Under the pieces are notes generated by a model. It saw only the letters and a list, made by a program, of their open reading frames with translations, searched no databases and was not told the DNA's origin. The position numbers and the translations under genes were made by a program. Of a stretch of 64,000 bases of DNA, positions 54,386-63,798 are shown piece after piece. How positions within the stretch are numbered: the first letter of the stretch is position 1; each line of letters opens with the position of its first letter. The stretch spans positions 2,660 to 66,659 of the forward strand of contig CAIKTE010000180.1 of NCBI GenBank assembly GCA_903830285.1. Reading direction: 5' to 3'. Source of the DNA: an uncultured Chitinophagaceae bacterium (GTDB lineage Bacteria; Bacteroidota; Bacteroidia; Chitinophagales; Chitinophagaceae).

Positions 54386-56413
54386 TTATACAATTTCCTG
54401 TGACTTACGAACCCTGTTTCTTACAAAGAAGAAAGCCAATAATACTAATCCCAATAAGATCAATAACAACAAATACTTATAATTTTCCCAGAAGATGGCT
54501 AATTTATTTTTTTCACCACGATATAAAACAGAACTGGAATCTTCGGGCATTTTAAAGAAATAGTTACTGATACCATTACTGTTTGAGATCAGCACATTAC
54601 TTTCAATCTCAGTAAGCTGTGTACTTAGATTTTTAATAACACTTGCAAATGCATCTTTATGACTACTGTCCCCCAAAGAAGTAACTAATAAAACCGTATT
54701 ACCTTTTTCTCTGAAAATTTGAGCCATCCCACTATTGGAGAAGTCATTAATGGAATAAGTTAATTGACCCTTACTGTCTTTGTACAATTGAAAATCCCTG
54801 TCGAATTGTACCGGAAGATTGGTGAAATTTTTGACAAACTGGTCATTGCGTTGCAATAATGCGATCAGATTAAAACCCCTTAAATCATCGAGTGATGATT
54901 TATCTGCAGCTACTAGCTGAGGCACGATCAATTTATTGAAATCATTCTTGATCGGTGCATTTAACTGATACAATAACTCACCAACAGAAGAAACAATATT
55001 CGAATTATATAAGCTTGGTGATATTACTATTTTAGAAGGTACTTTCCTGAACTCTGCGGGGAAATTAAAGAAGCTGTAAAACTTATTTTCTCTTTCACCA
55101 CTGAAAGTAAGTGTTGAACTTTTTACGTTTACAAATGCAAAGAAGTTACTAAATCCATCCTTACAAATGTTTGTACCAGGATGAAATCTGAATTCGACTT
55201 CTAACGTATTGAATTTGCTTAACAGATAAGGCTTCAGATCGATATCATCAATGAAGTTTGTTCTGTCCATTAATGATGCATTGAAAATCAAATTCTGGTT
55301 CAGATAGATATTCAAAAAGCCTCTGTCATCAGGTTTTAAAACAGAGAAATAACTTTCTAGATGAAAAGTAAGTTTGTTGGGAATTGCATTGAATTCACTT
55401 AGAGAGAAATTGTATTTCTGTCTTAATCCGCCAATACCTTCCATCAATGCAGGATTACCTCCAATGTCTTCCAATGCAGTGATCAATGGTGATGGATTAT
55501 CAATAGAAACATTGCTTGGCACGCCTTCATTGATCAGCATTCTGTCAGAAAATGCGCTACTGATCCTTTTGTTGCTAGCTAGGGTATTGATCGCTTTGCG
55601 ATAACCGGTTGCATCAGCACCGGTAACAACCAACACTAATTTTGAGGTAAAGCCAATATTCACTCTTGCAACCATAATTAATCCCTGACCTTGTGCCAGA
55701 GAAGGAATAACCTGTTTAACCAGGAGTGGTAATTTATCGGAACTACCAATAACGATACCGCTTGGAACTGTATCTTGTTGCTGATACATTCCTGTATGAA
55801 CAGGTAATGGTGAATTTTGTTTTAATAAAGTATAAATAATTCCACCGGCAGTAAGATCATCCAGATCTGATGAGGCAGGTGTATAAACCGAATTAAATTC
55901 CTGAATCCATTCTTTGATACTACGTTTATAAGAAAGGGGTCCTGAATTATTCAGCGCTAAGAAAGATGAATTCTTTACAGCTATCCAGCAAGCAGGGTTA
56001 TCCACGTCCTTACAATATTCATCGCCAACACTCATTTTAGCCGACACTTTCAGTTTAATGAATCTTCCATCAGGCTGTAAATATTTTCTGTTCATTGGTA
56101 CAATAACAGTGAACATGGTATCAACAGCAGAGGCAATGATCCTTTGTGTGAATACAGGTTCATCCTTTAAATAAACCACCACAACAGAATTATTAGGATT
56201 CAATACCTGAGATGCGCGGATATTAATGAATATCTTGCTTTGATCTACATTGTCGTCAGGTTTTACTTTTAAAAAGTAGCTGAGCGATCCTGTAATACCA
56301 ACGATTGATTCATCATCATAACCCATAGATTCGAATGTTCGTTGAGATTGGGCAAACAAGCCGCCAATACTGCTGATTAAAAAAACCAAAAAAAGAAGAC
56401 ATTTAGATTTCAT
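54386..56413 (-). CDS. BcsB-like cellulose synthase regulatory/periplasmic subunit
   Basis: Signal peptide. Two internal repeats (..VVVYLKDEPVF...IKLKVSA...EYCKDVDNPACWIAVKNSS.. and ..LNIYLNQNLIF...LEVEFRFHPGTNICKD..). These parallel the BcsB pattern (E. coli ..KVYLNDELMG...DVCENPASTTLWLDV.. as I recall it). Single C-terminal TM anchor LLLLILLGLVLLAFFFV. Confidence 0.8.
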   Translation of the reverse strand: MKSKCLLFLVFLISSIGGLFAQSQRTFESMGYDDESIVGITGSLSYFLKVKPDDNVDQSKIFINIRASQVLNPNNSVVVVYLKDEPVFTQRIIASAVDTMFTVIVPMNRKYLQPDGRFIKLKVSAKMSVGDEYCKDVDNPACWIAVKNSSFLALNNSGPLSYKRSIKEWIQEFNSVYTPASSDLDDLTAGGIIYTLLKQNSPLPVHTGMYQQQDTVPSGIVIGSSDKLPLLVKQVIPSLAQGQGLIMVARVNIGFTSKLVLVVTGADATGYRKAINTLASNKRISSAFSDRMLINEGVPSNVSIDNPSPLITALEDIGGNPALMEGIGGLRQKYNFSLSEFNAIPNKLTFHLESYFSVLKPDDRGFLNIYLNQNLIFNASLMDRTNFIDDIDLKPYLLSKFNTLEVEFRFHPGTNICKDGFSNFFAFVNVKSSTLTFSGERENKFYSFFNFPAEFRKVPSKIVISPSLYNSNIVSSVGELLYQLNAPIKNDFNKLIVPQLVAADKSSLDDLRGFNLIALLQRNDQFVKNFTNLPVQFDRDFQLYKDSKGQLTYSINDFSNSGMAQIFREKGNTVLLVTSLGDSSHKDAFASVIKNLSTQLTEIESNVLISNSNGISNYFFKMPEDSSSVLYRGEKNKLAIFWENYKYLLLLILLGLVLLAFFFVRNRVRKSQEIV

Positions 56414-56424
56414 ATTGTTTCTAT

Positions 56425-57801
56425 TTAAAATTGGGTACAGTTAAACTCTATTCTGTAATAATTTCCAGTGTTTTCATCGCTACTATATGCAAAAGTTCCT
56501 CCCATGGTTTCAGTTAATTTCTTAGCCACAGAGAATCCCATTTCTGAGTCAACTTTCACAGATTCTTTTAACGATCTGAATGGTTGTAATTTAGTGAACA
56601 GTTCATTCATCTTTGCAACCCCAACCAATTTCCCGATATTAATTACTTCAATCACACACTTATCGTTTTGCCTATTGGTATGCACTGTTATTATCGAATC
56701 TACTTCTGCATACCGGATCGCATTGGTTAACAGTTTAAATAAGACCTGACTGAGAAATAATCTGTCTAAATGCACCATGATTGGTGATGCAGACAAATGC
56801 AATTGCAGATTGATCTGTTTTATCTGAGCCGAATCTGCCACATCCAACACTGCCTGTTCTACTTCCGGACTAATATCAAAGTTTTCTTGCGTAAACTGAA
56901 CTTTGGCCTCATCCCTATCAGCAGAAGCAGCCAATTTCTCAGAAAGATAATTGAGTTTATCATTGCCCGTGCTAATGTAATTTAGTATTTCTTTCTGCTC
57001 TTCGGAAAGGTTATCCGATTTGTTTTTCAACAGGTCTATTGACATCTGAATAGAGCCCGTAAAATTTCTGAAATCATGGAGCATAATATTCAGGGTATTA
57101 TGCCTGTAATCGTTCAGCACTTTCAATTTTCTATTCGCATCTTCAATTACATATTTCTGATCGTTGATCTTTTCATTTTGTTCTAATTGGCGATTTTTTG
57201 CCTCATCGATCAAAATATTTTTAGCGATCTCTCTTTTCAGGATCGCATAGCGATTGTAGGCGATCAAACAAGAAAAAGCTGACACAACAAAATACACTCC
57301 GCCGCCATGCGAGATCAGTAAATTGTATTTATCCACCCTTTCTCTGTTTGAGAAAAGTATGAATATCACAAAATATGTCAACAAACAAATAAATACAGAA
57401 TAGATAGGTGGCCAGAAAATAGCTGTATTGATCAGCAAGATCGCAACTGAAAGAATAAGAAAATAAGGCATTACATGATTGAGCGGGATCATTCCGCAAA
57501 AAAATGAGTGCATCAGGAGGTTGACCACAATAAACCAAGTGATGGTTTTTATATAATTCCACTCTCGCTTATTGCCAATGATATAAATCGTATAAGAGAT
57601 AACAGCTACAATTAATCTGATCAGCATCAGATCGGTCCACATATCTTTCAGAAAAAGAAAATCGAGTAGCCAAAAGAGCGGAAGGGAAAAAAGAACTGTC
57701 CACATTACCACATTGGCATAATAGATACCTTTTTTATTAAGTTCGTCAGCAAACGCCTCTTTATTTATATTTACAAAGGAAAATTTAAAATTATTGGGCA
57801 T
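56425..57801 (-). CDS. membrane sensor histidine kinase (about 6 TM N-terminal domain, DHp + CA), no partner response regulator nearby
   Basis: H-box IMLHDFRNFTGSI and N-box LLTNAIRYA. The G1/G2 boxes look degenerate (EVINIGKLVG; SEMGFSVAKK). 11-nt gap to the BcsB-like gene. Confidence 0.8.
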   Translation of the reverse strand: MPNNFKFSFVNINKEAFADELNKKGIYYANVVMWTVLFSLPLFWLLDFLFLKDMWTDLMLIRLIVAVISYTIYIIGNKREWNYIKTITWFIVVNLLMHSFFCGMIPLNHVMPYFLILSVAILLINTAIFWPPIYSVFICLLTYFVIFILFSNRERVDKYNLLISHGGGVYFVVSAFSCLIAYNRYAILKREIAKNILIDEAKNRQLEQNEKINDQKYVIEDANRKLKVLNDYRHNTLNIMLHDFRNFTGSIQMSIDLLKNKSDNLSEEQKEILNYISTGNDKLNYLSEKLAASADRDEAKVQFTQENFDISPEVEQAVLDVADSAQIKQINLQLHLSASPIMVHLDRLFLSQVLFKLLTNAIRYAEVDSIITVHTNRQNDKCVIEVINIGKLVGVAKMNELFTKLQPFRSLKESVKVDSEMGFSVAKKLTETMGGTFAYSSDENTGNYYRIEFNCTQF

Positions 57802-57840
57802 ATAGGGTATTATGCATTCTGAAAATCAATTCTTTATTCT

Positions 57841-58944
57841 GTGAAAATATACATTAAATTAATAAGAGTTTTTTTAGGGATAAATTTATTGTTTGGTGTA
57901 TCACTATCCACATTAAGTGCAAAACTTAGGGATGATAATCTGGCAGACATCAAAAAAAACTTAGGAGGCGGGGTGAATATCTCTCTTTTTGAACATTACT
58001 GGACCACTCCAGATTTTTTATATCAGGAAGATATTTCAGGTAAATTAAATAATATAGCTAAAGCTGGTTTTAAAACAGTTCGTATCCCCGTTGCTTTTGA
58101 TAATTTTTTAGAGCCAAAATCCTTCAATCTGCAACCCCAGATTATCAGCAAATTGAAAGATATTTACAATACTTGTGCTGCAAAAAGGCTCAATCTTATC
58201 ATCACATACCATTACGGTAAACTCAATAACAATAATAGCCCGGGAGAAATAGAGCGCATTTCTTGGATGTGGAAACAGATCCAGCGTCAATTTTCCGGAC
58301 AGGGATATTCCAGCCTTTTTTTTGAATTATATAATGAACCTGTGATGAACGGTATTTTGTGGAAAAAAACCATCACTACTATTATCCAGAATTTACGGTA
58401 TGAAGACAAAAGCAGGATATATATTATTGGTGCGGTTAATTATAACAGCCTGGATGAACTAAATGTAATGGGCAGATTACCCGATGATAAACTGTTTTAC
58501 AGCTTCCATTTTTACGAACCATTTATTTTTACACATCAGGGTGCAGACTGGACAAATAACAAAACTGCCCTTTTAAAATTGCCTTATCCTTACAAAAAAA
58601 GCAGAATGCCTGATGCTGTATTTATAGAAAACAGCGGTACAAACGATAAAGAACTAAGCAGATATCCACATGAAGCCACCCATGAATATATCCGTGAACG
58701 CTTTAAAACCATCGCAGAAACCTGCTTAAGAAATAATATGCCGCTTATCTGTACCGAAGTGGGTGTTATTAAATTAGCCGACCGTAAATCCAGAAAAAAT
58801 TATTTACTAGATGTAACAGGCGATTTGAGTAACCTGGGCGTTCAAGCAATTTTATGGGATTATGACGATAAATTCTCCATCAAAAGAAACGATATTGACA
58901 TCGAAAGGTATTTACATAAGTGGTTGATGAAAAGTAAAAATTAA
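57841..58944 (+). CDS. glycoside hydrolase family 5 (cellulase/endo-beta-glycanase), secreted
   Basis: Signal peptide. FELYNEP (acid/base Glu in the NEP motif), H.Y, and CTEVG (nucleophile Glu). GTG start per the track, 39 bp from the divergent kinase start. Confidence 0.85.
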   Translation: MKIYIKLIRVFLGINLLFGVSLSTLSAKLRDDNLADIKKNLGGGVNISLFEHYWTTPDFLYQEDISGKLNNIAKAGFKTVRIPVAFDNFLEPKSFNLQPQIISKLKDIYNTCAAKRLNLIITYHYGKLNNNNSPGEIERISWMWKQIQRQFSGQGYSSLFFELYNEPVMNGILWKKTITTIIQNLRYEDKSRIYIIGAVNYNSLDELNVMGRLPDDKLFYSFHFYEPFIFTHQGADWTNNKTALLKLPYPYKKSRMPDAVFIENSGTNDKELSRYPHEATHEYIRERFKTIAETCLRNNMPLICTEVGVIKLADRKSRKNYLLDVTGDLSNLGVQAILWDYDDKFSIKRNDIDIERYLHKWLMKSKN

Positions 58945-58983
58945 TGCGCACCTTTAATTATTATAATCATCAATATAATAATT

Positions 58984-59892
58984 ATGGCCTCGGTTCTTTC
59001 CTTACACAATATCAGTAAACGTTATGGTTCCATTCAGGCTTTAAACGATGTTTCTTTTGAAGTACCTGAAGGAAGTGTATTTGGCATTCTCGGTCCGAAT
59101 GGCAGTGGCAAAACCACCATGCTGAGTATCATTCTGGATATCCTGAGACCGAATACCGGGAATTTTTCCTGGTTCGGAGTATTGGGCGGATCACCTGATT
59201 GCAGAAAAATGGTCGGATCTCTTTTAGAAACGCCTAACTTTTATCATTACCTATCTGCAGTTGATAACCTGAATATCACTCAAGCCATCAGCGGAAGGGG
59301 AACAGCAGTAGATATTGATGCAGCATTGGAGATCGTTAATCTTACACAACGCAAAAAAAGCAAGTTCAGTACTTATAGTTTGGGCATGAAACAACGCCTT
59401 GCCATTGCTGCTGCATTTTTAGGCAATCCCAAAGTATTGGTTTTGGATGAACCTACGAATGGATTGGATCCAGTTGGCATTGCTGAAATAAGACGACTCA
59501 TTAAAGAATTAGCAGCAAGAGGTGTAACCATTATCATGGCAAGCCATTTATTGGATGAGGTAGAGAAAGTTTGTACGCATGTAGCTATTTTGAAAAAAGG
59601 GGATTTATTAACCGCCGGAGCTGTTGATGAGGTGCTGGTTAATGAAGATATTGTTGAATTGAGTGCTTCAGATATTGACTTATTAGAAAATGTTTTAAAA
59701 GATTATCCTTTAAAGACCAATCTTAAAAAAGAAGAAAATATGCTTCAGCTGTTCTTTCCTGTTGGAACTGCCAACCTTGAAAACATAAACCAATTCTGTT
59801 TCGAAAAAGGAGTAACACTAAACATGTTATTACACAAGAAGAAAAGTTTAGAAACTAAATTCTTAGAACTTACCAGTGCAACCAATAACTAA
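58984..59892 (+). CDS. ABC transporter ATP-binding protein
   Basis: Walker A GPNGSGKTT, signature YSLGMKQRL, Walker B VLVLDEPTNGLD. Confidence 0.92.
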   Translation: MASVLSLHNISKRYGSIQALNDVSFEVPEGSVFGILGPNGSGKTTMLSIILDILRPNTGNFSWFGVLGGSPDCRKMVGSLLETPNFYHYLSAVDNLNITQAISGRGTAVDIDAALEIVNLTQRKKSKFSTYSLGMKQRLAIAAAFLGNPKVLVLDEPTNGLDPVGIAEIRRLIKELAARGVTIIMASHLLDEVEKVCTHVAILKKGDLLTAGAVDEVLVNEDIVELSASDIDLLENVLKDYPLKTNLKKEENMLQLFFPVGTANLENINQFCFEKGVTLNMLLHKKKSLETKFLELTSATNN

Positions 59893-59910
59893 TCTTTCAA
59901 ACTTATCAAT

Positions 59911-60738
59911 ATGTTACAATTATTAAAGATCGAATGGCTTAAAATAAAAAAGTATCCTACTTTTTGGTGGATGCTGGGCATTGTTGCATTGACTTATCCG
60001 GGTATTAATTATATGTTTCATCATGTGTATGAAAGCGTGATCGGTAGAAAAGACATGGCTGGAAATGTTGCCAAATTTTTATTAGGCAACCCTTTTGCAT
60101 TTCCCGATGCATGGCATTCAGTTGCTTATTTTTCTTCATTCTTCGTAATAGTTCCGGCATTATTGATCATTATGCTGGTAAGTAATGAATACACTTATAA
60201 AACATCCAGGCAAAATATTATTGATGGGTGGAGCCGCAATCAGTTTATCAATGCCAAAATAATTGATGTTACTATCATCAGTTTAATTGTTACTATTTCT
60301 TATACGATTGTTGCGGCAATTTTCGGATTTTATTATTCCGATACTGTTCGTGTAACCCGCTGGGCAGAAGAACTGCAGTACATTCCTTTATTTTTTCTTC
60401 AAACATTTGCCTATCTGAGCTGGGCATTTTTATTAGCATTTTTATTGCGCAGGGCATTTATTGCATTGGGTATTTTCATTTTTTATTCGCTTATCATCGA
60501 AAACATCATTAAAGGTTATTTCAAGTTTAGAGAATGGGGCATCCGCGAATATTTGCCCTTCGAAATATCTAACAGGCTTTTGCCGATGCCTAATTTTTTA
60601 GGAAAATTAAACGAAGCATCCAATGATGCCTATAAAAAATCGCTGATAGATGTCAACTGGCATGTGCTGTATACTTTAATTCTTACATCAGCTATCTGGT
60701 GGCTGTGCTATTACCTGAATAAGAAAAGAGATCTATAA
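59911..60738 (+). CDS. ABC-2 type transporter permease
   Basis: Six hydrophobic helices, directly downstream of the ATPase gene. Confidence 0.8.
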   Translation: MLQLLKIEWLKIKKYPTFWWMLGIVALTYPGINYMFHHVYESVIGRKDMAGNVAKFLLGNPFAFPDAWHSVAYFSSFFVIVPALLIIMLVSNEYTYKTSRQNIIDGWSRNQFINAKIIDVTIISLIVTISYTIVAAIFGFYYSDTVRVTRWAEELQYIPLFFLQTFAYLSWAFLLAFLLRRAFIALGIFIFYSLIIENIIKGYFKFREWGIREYLPFEISNRLLPMPNFLGKLNEASNDAYKKSLIDVNWHVLYTLILTSAIWWLCYYLNKKRDL

Positions 60739-60908
60739 ATACTGAAAATATATTCACTTGTTTTTTGTTTGATAGATCCTTTTGTAAATAAAGGATTTGT
60801 TGTACAAAAATGCCTCTATGAGTGCCTTTGGGGAAGAGGTACGTAAATTTTATTATAAATACGATATCGGATTCAAAAAAAACAGTATCTTTTTATTCAC
60901 TAAAAAAA

Positions 60909-62276
60909 ATGAAAATGAAAGTCAACAGAATTTTCTTTGTGCTTTTGCTTTTTCCTTTCATAGCAAATGCACAACCAAGATTACCGCAAGGTTATTTCTG
61001 GCAAAAATTAAGCAATGGCCTGGAAGTAGTGGTGATTGAAAACAATAAAGTACCATTGGCAACTATTGAAATAGCTGTAAAGAACGGCGCATATACAGAA
61101 GGACCTGAATACAGTGGTCTTTCTCATCTTTTCGAACATATGTTCTTTAAAGCCAATAAGGATTATCCCACACAGGAAAAATTATTAAAGAGAACACAGG
61201 AACTGGGTGCCATCTGGAATGGTACAACAGATGTAGAAAGAGTGAATTATTTTTTCACTTTTGATAAAGACAGTTTAAATCAGGGGCTAAAATTTCTGAA
61301 TGCTGCTATTCGATTCCCGATCTACAGACCTGAAGACATGCAAAAAGAAAGGCCTGTTGTAGATGGCGAATTTCAAAGAGCTGAAAGTGATCCCGGTTTT
61401 CAGATCTGGTACGAATGCCAGAAGAAATTATGGGGAGATCTGGTAACAAGAAAAAATGCCATCGGTGATCATAATATCATCAATACCGCAACACCTGAGA
61501 AAATGATGATCATCAAAAACAAATATTATTTTCCCAATAATTCATTATTGATCATTTGTGGGGATGTAAAACATGATCAGGCCTTTGCCTATGCTCAAAA
61601 GATCTTTGGCGATTGGGCAAATAGTGGATTTAATCCGCATGAAAAATATCCCATACCTGAATTCCCTCCATTAAAAGCAACCGAATACTTTATCAAAGAA
61701 TCTTCCATTGCACAAACACCTTACAGCAATTATTGGTGGCATGGACCGGATTACAGAAATGATTCTGCAGGTACAGTTGCAGCAGATGTTTTCTCTACCA
61801 TTGTAGGATTGAATTCTTCCAAATGGCAGCAGGCCATCGTTGATAAAGGACTTGCAACCTATGCCGGTCTTAGTTATGAAACAAGAAGATATGTAGGGCC
61901 TATCAGTGTTTTTGTAGTACCCAACCCAACTAAATTAAAAGAATGCAATGCCGAGATATTGCATCAGATCAGTTTATGGCAACAGCCCGATTATTTTACT
62001 GATGAACAATTAGAAACTGCGAAACAGATCTTAAGACGCAACAATATCAGGAATCAGGAAAAGCCTTCTTCATTAGCCAGCCAGCTTACTTATCATTGGT
62101 GCAGCACTTCTTATGAGTTTTATACAGATTATACCGACAACTGTTTAAAAGTTACTAGAGAAGATATCAGAAAATATATCGCCAGATATATCACCGGCAA
62201 GCCTTATGTAGCCGGCATCATCATTAATGCCGAAATGAATAAAGCTGCAAATGTTTCAGAATTTTTTAAACCTTAA
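60909..62276 (+). CDS. M16 family (pitrilysin-like) zinc peptidase, active subunit
   Basis: GLSHLFEHMFF (inverted zincin HxxEH). Signal peptide from MKMKVNRIFFVLLLFPFIANA. Track ORF opens at 60822. Confidence 0.88.
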   Translation: MKMKVNRIFFVLLLFPFIANAQPRLPQGYFWQKLSNGLEVVVIENNKVPLATIEIAVKNGAYTEGPEYSGLSHLFEHMFFKANKDYPTQEKLLKRTQELGAIWNGTTDVERVNYFFTFDKDSLNQGLKFLNAAIRFPIYRPEDMQKERPVVDGEFQRAESDPGFQIWYECQKKLWGDLVTRKNAIGDHNIINTATPEKMMIIKNKYYFPNNSLLIICGDVKHDQAFAYAQKIFGDWANSGFNPHEKYPIPEFPPLKATEYFIKESSIAQTPYSNYWWHGPDYRNDSAGTVAADVFSTIVGLNSSKWQQAIVDKGLATYAGLSYETRRYVGPISVFVVPNPTKLKECNAEILHQISLWQQPDYFTDEQLETAKQILRRNNIRNQEKPSSLASQLTYHWCSTSYEFYTDYTDNCLKVTREDIRKYIARYITGKPYVAGIIINAEMNKAANVSEFFKP

Positions 62277-62301
62277 TTCTACATTTTAAACTTCCTGATA
62301 T

Positions 62302-63672
62302 ATGCAACAGATAAGATCATTCACAAAACAAATACTATTTACACTGTTCTTTTTTGCAACATCCGTATTTGTATATGCGCAAAATAAAACTGCTTACGAA
62401 TTAACTGTTAACGGGGTAAAAGTGATCGTACAACCCAGTGGCAATAAGATCGTAGAAATACAAACACTGATAAGAGGTGGTGTACAAAATTATCCTGCAA
62501 ATAAAGCGGGCATTGAAAGCCTCGCCATGAGTGCATTGACAGAATGCGGCACTGCAAAAGATGATAAGAACAGTTTTAAAAATAAATTAGACAAAGTAAG
62601 TGCCCAGATCAACGGCTCTGCTGGAAAGGATTATTCCACATTTACTTTAAACTGTATTCAAAGTGATCTGGAAACTGTTTGGCCTCTTTATGTTGATGCG
62701 TTAACTGCGCCTCGTTTTGATGTAAAAGAATTTGAACGCATCAAACAAGATGCTATCAATGGAATAAAAGCACAGGCATCTCAACCCGATTATGCCATCA
62801 ATAAATTAGCAAAAGAAACAGCTTTTGCAGGAAAAGATTATGCAAAAGCTCCTGAAGGAACAGAAGAGAATGTAAAAGCATTATCCGCAGCTGAAACCAA
62901 AGGATATTATTCTGCCATCTTAACAAGATCAAGATTATTGATCGTGATCGTTGGCGAATTGGATAAGGCAACTATCGAAAGTAAAATACAAGCCTTATTG
63001 ACAACAATTCCTGCAGGACAACCATTTACGCTAAAAAAAGAATCATATACACCCGCGAAAAATACTTTTACGCAAGAGAAAAAAGAACTGGCCACCAATT
63101 ATATTCAGGGTGTTACCGGCGGACCTTTACCGGGCACTCCTGATTTCAATGCATTCAGAATTGCCATGCAGATCTTATATGACAGGCATTTCCTAGAAGT
63201 AAGAACCAATAATGGTTTGTCTTATGCACCGTATACTTATTTCGATGGTGGCACATCACCATCTGCAAACATTGTTGTTTCAACTACCGATCCTAATAAA
63301 TACATTGCCGTAGCAAACAAGCTCATCGATAAAACAAGGAAAGAAGGTTTTAAACCCGAAGAACTGAAAGACATGAAAACAACCTATGTCACCAGTTTCT
63401 TTTACAAACAGGAAACAAATGCTGCACAGGCTTCTTCTTTGGCAGCAAATGAGATACTGCACAATAACTGGCGCAGATCACTCACTTTAAATGATGATAT
63501 CAAAAAACTAACAACCGCCGATCTGAACAGGGTTTTCAATAAATACATTACCAATATCACATGGGTGTATCAGGGAGATCCTGCAAAAGTGAATCCTGAA
63601 TTGTATAAAGAGAAAATTGGTTCAAAAGAAAAATTACCTGAATCAAAATTAACACAGCAGAAAAAAGATTAG
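62302..63672 (+). CDS. M16 family peptidase, non-catalytic partner subunit (no HxxEH)
   Basis: Same fold pattern (..GIESLAMSALTECGT.. occupies the HxxEH position). Signal peptide. Adjacent to the active M16 gene. Confidence 0.8.
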   Translation: MQQIRSFTKQILFTLFFFATSVFVYAQNKTAYELTVNGVKVIVQPSGNKIVEIQTLIRGGVQNYPANKAGIESLAMSALTECGTAKDDKNSFKNKLDKVSAQINGSAGKDYSTFTLNCIQSDLETVWPLYVDALTAPRFDVKEFERIKQDAINGIKAQASQPDYAINKLAKETAFAGKDYAKAPEGTEENVKALSAAETKGYYSAILTRSRLLIVIVGELDKATIESKIQALLTTIPAGQPFTLKKESYTPAKNTFTQEKKELATNYIQGVTGGPLPGTPDFNAFRIAMQILYDRHFLEVRTNNGLSYAPYTYFDGGTSPSANIVVSTTDPNKYIAVANKLIDKTRKEGFKPEELKDMKTTYVTSFFYKQETNAAQASSLAANEILHNNWRRSLTLNDDIKKLTTADLNRVFNKYITNITWVYQGDPAKVNPELYKEKIGSKEKLPESKLTQQKKD

Positions 63673-63688
63673 GATACTGGCGACAGTA

Positions 63689-63741
63689 TTTGTAGCATCC
63701 TCCCTTGCGTCGTTCCGAAGGAATCCCTTTGGGACACACTT
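63689..63741 (+). repeat. dispersed intergenic element, copy B
   Basis: TTTGTAGCATC-ctccc-TTGCGTCG-TTCCGAAGGAA-TCCCTTTGGGA-CACACTT. Confidence 0.85.
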
Positions 63742-63763
63742 ATACTGTATATCATTTATCAAC

Positions 63764-63798
63764 AAAATAAAACCGAACTCATCATTCGGTTTTATTTT
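63764..63798. terminator. bidirectional terminator overlapping the stop of the right-edge gene
   Basis: AAAATAAAACCGAA-ctcatca-TTCGGTTTTATTTT, a 14-bp stem. Confidence 0.7.
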
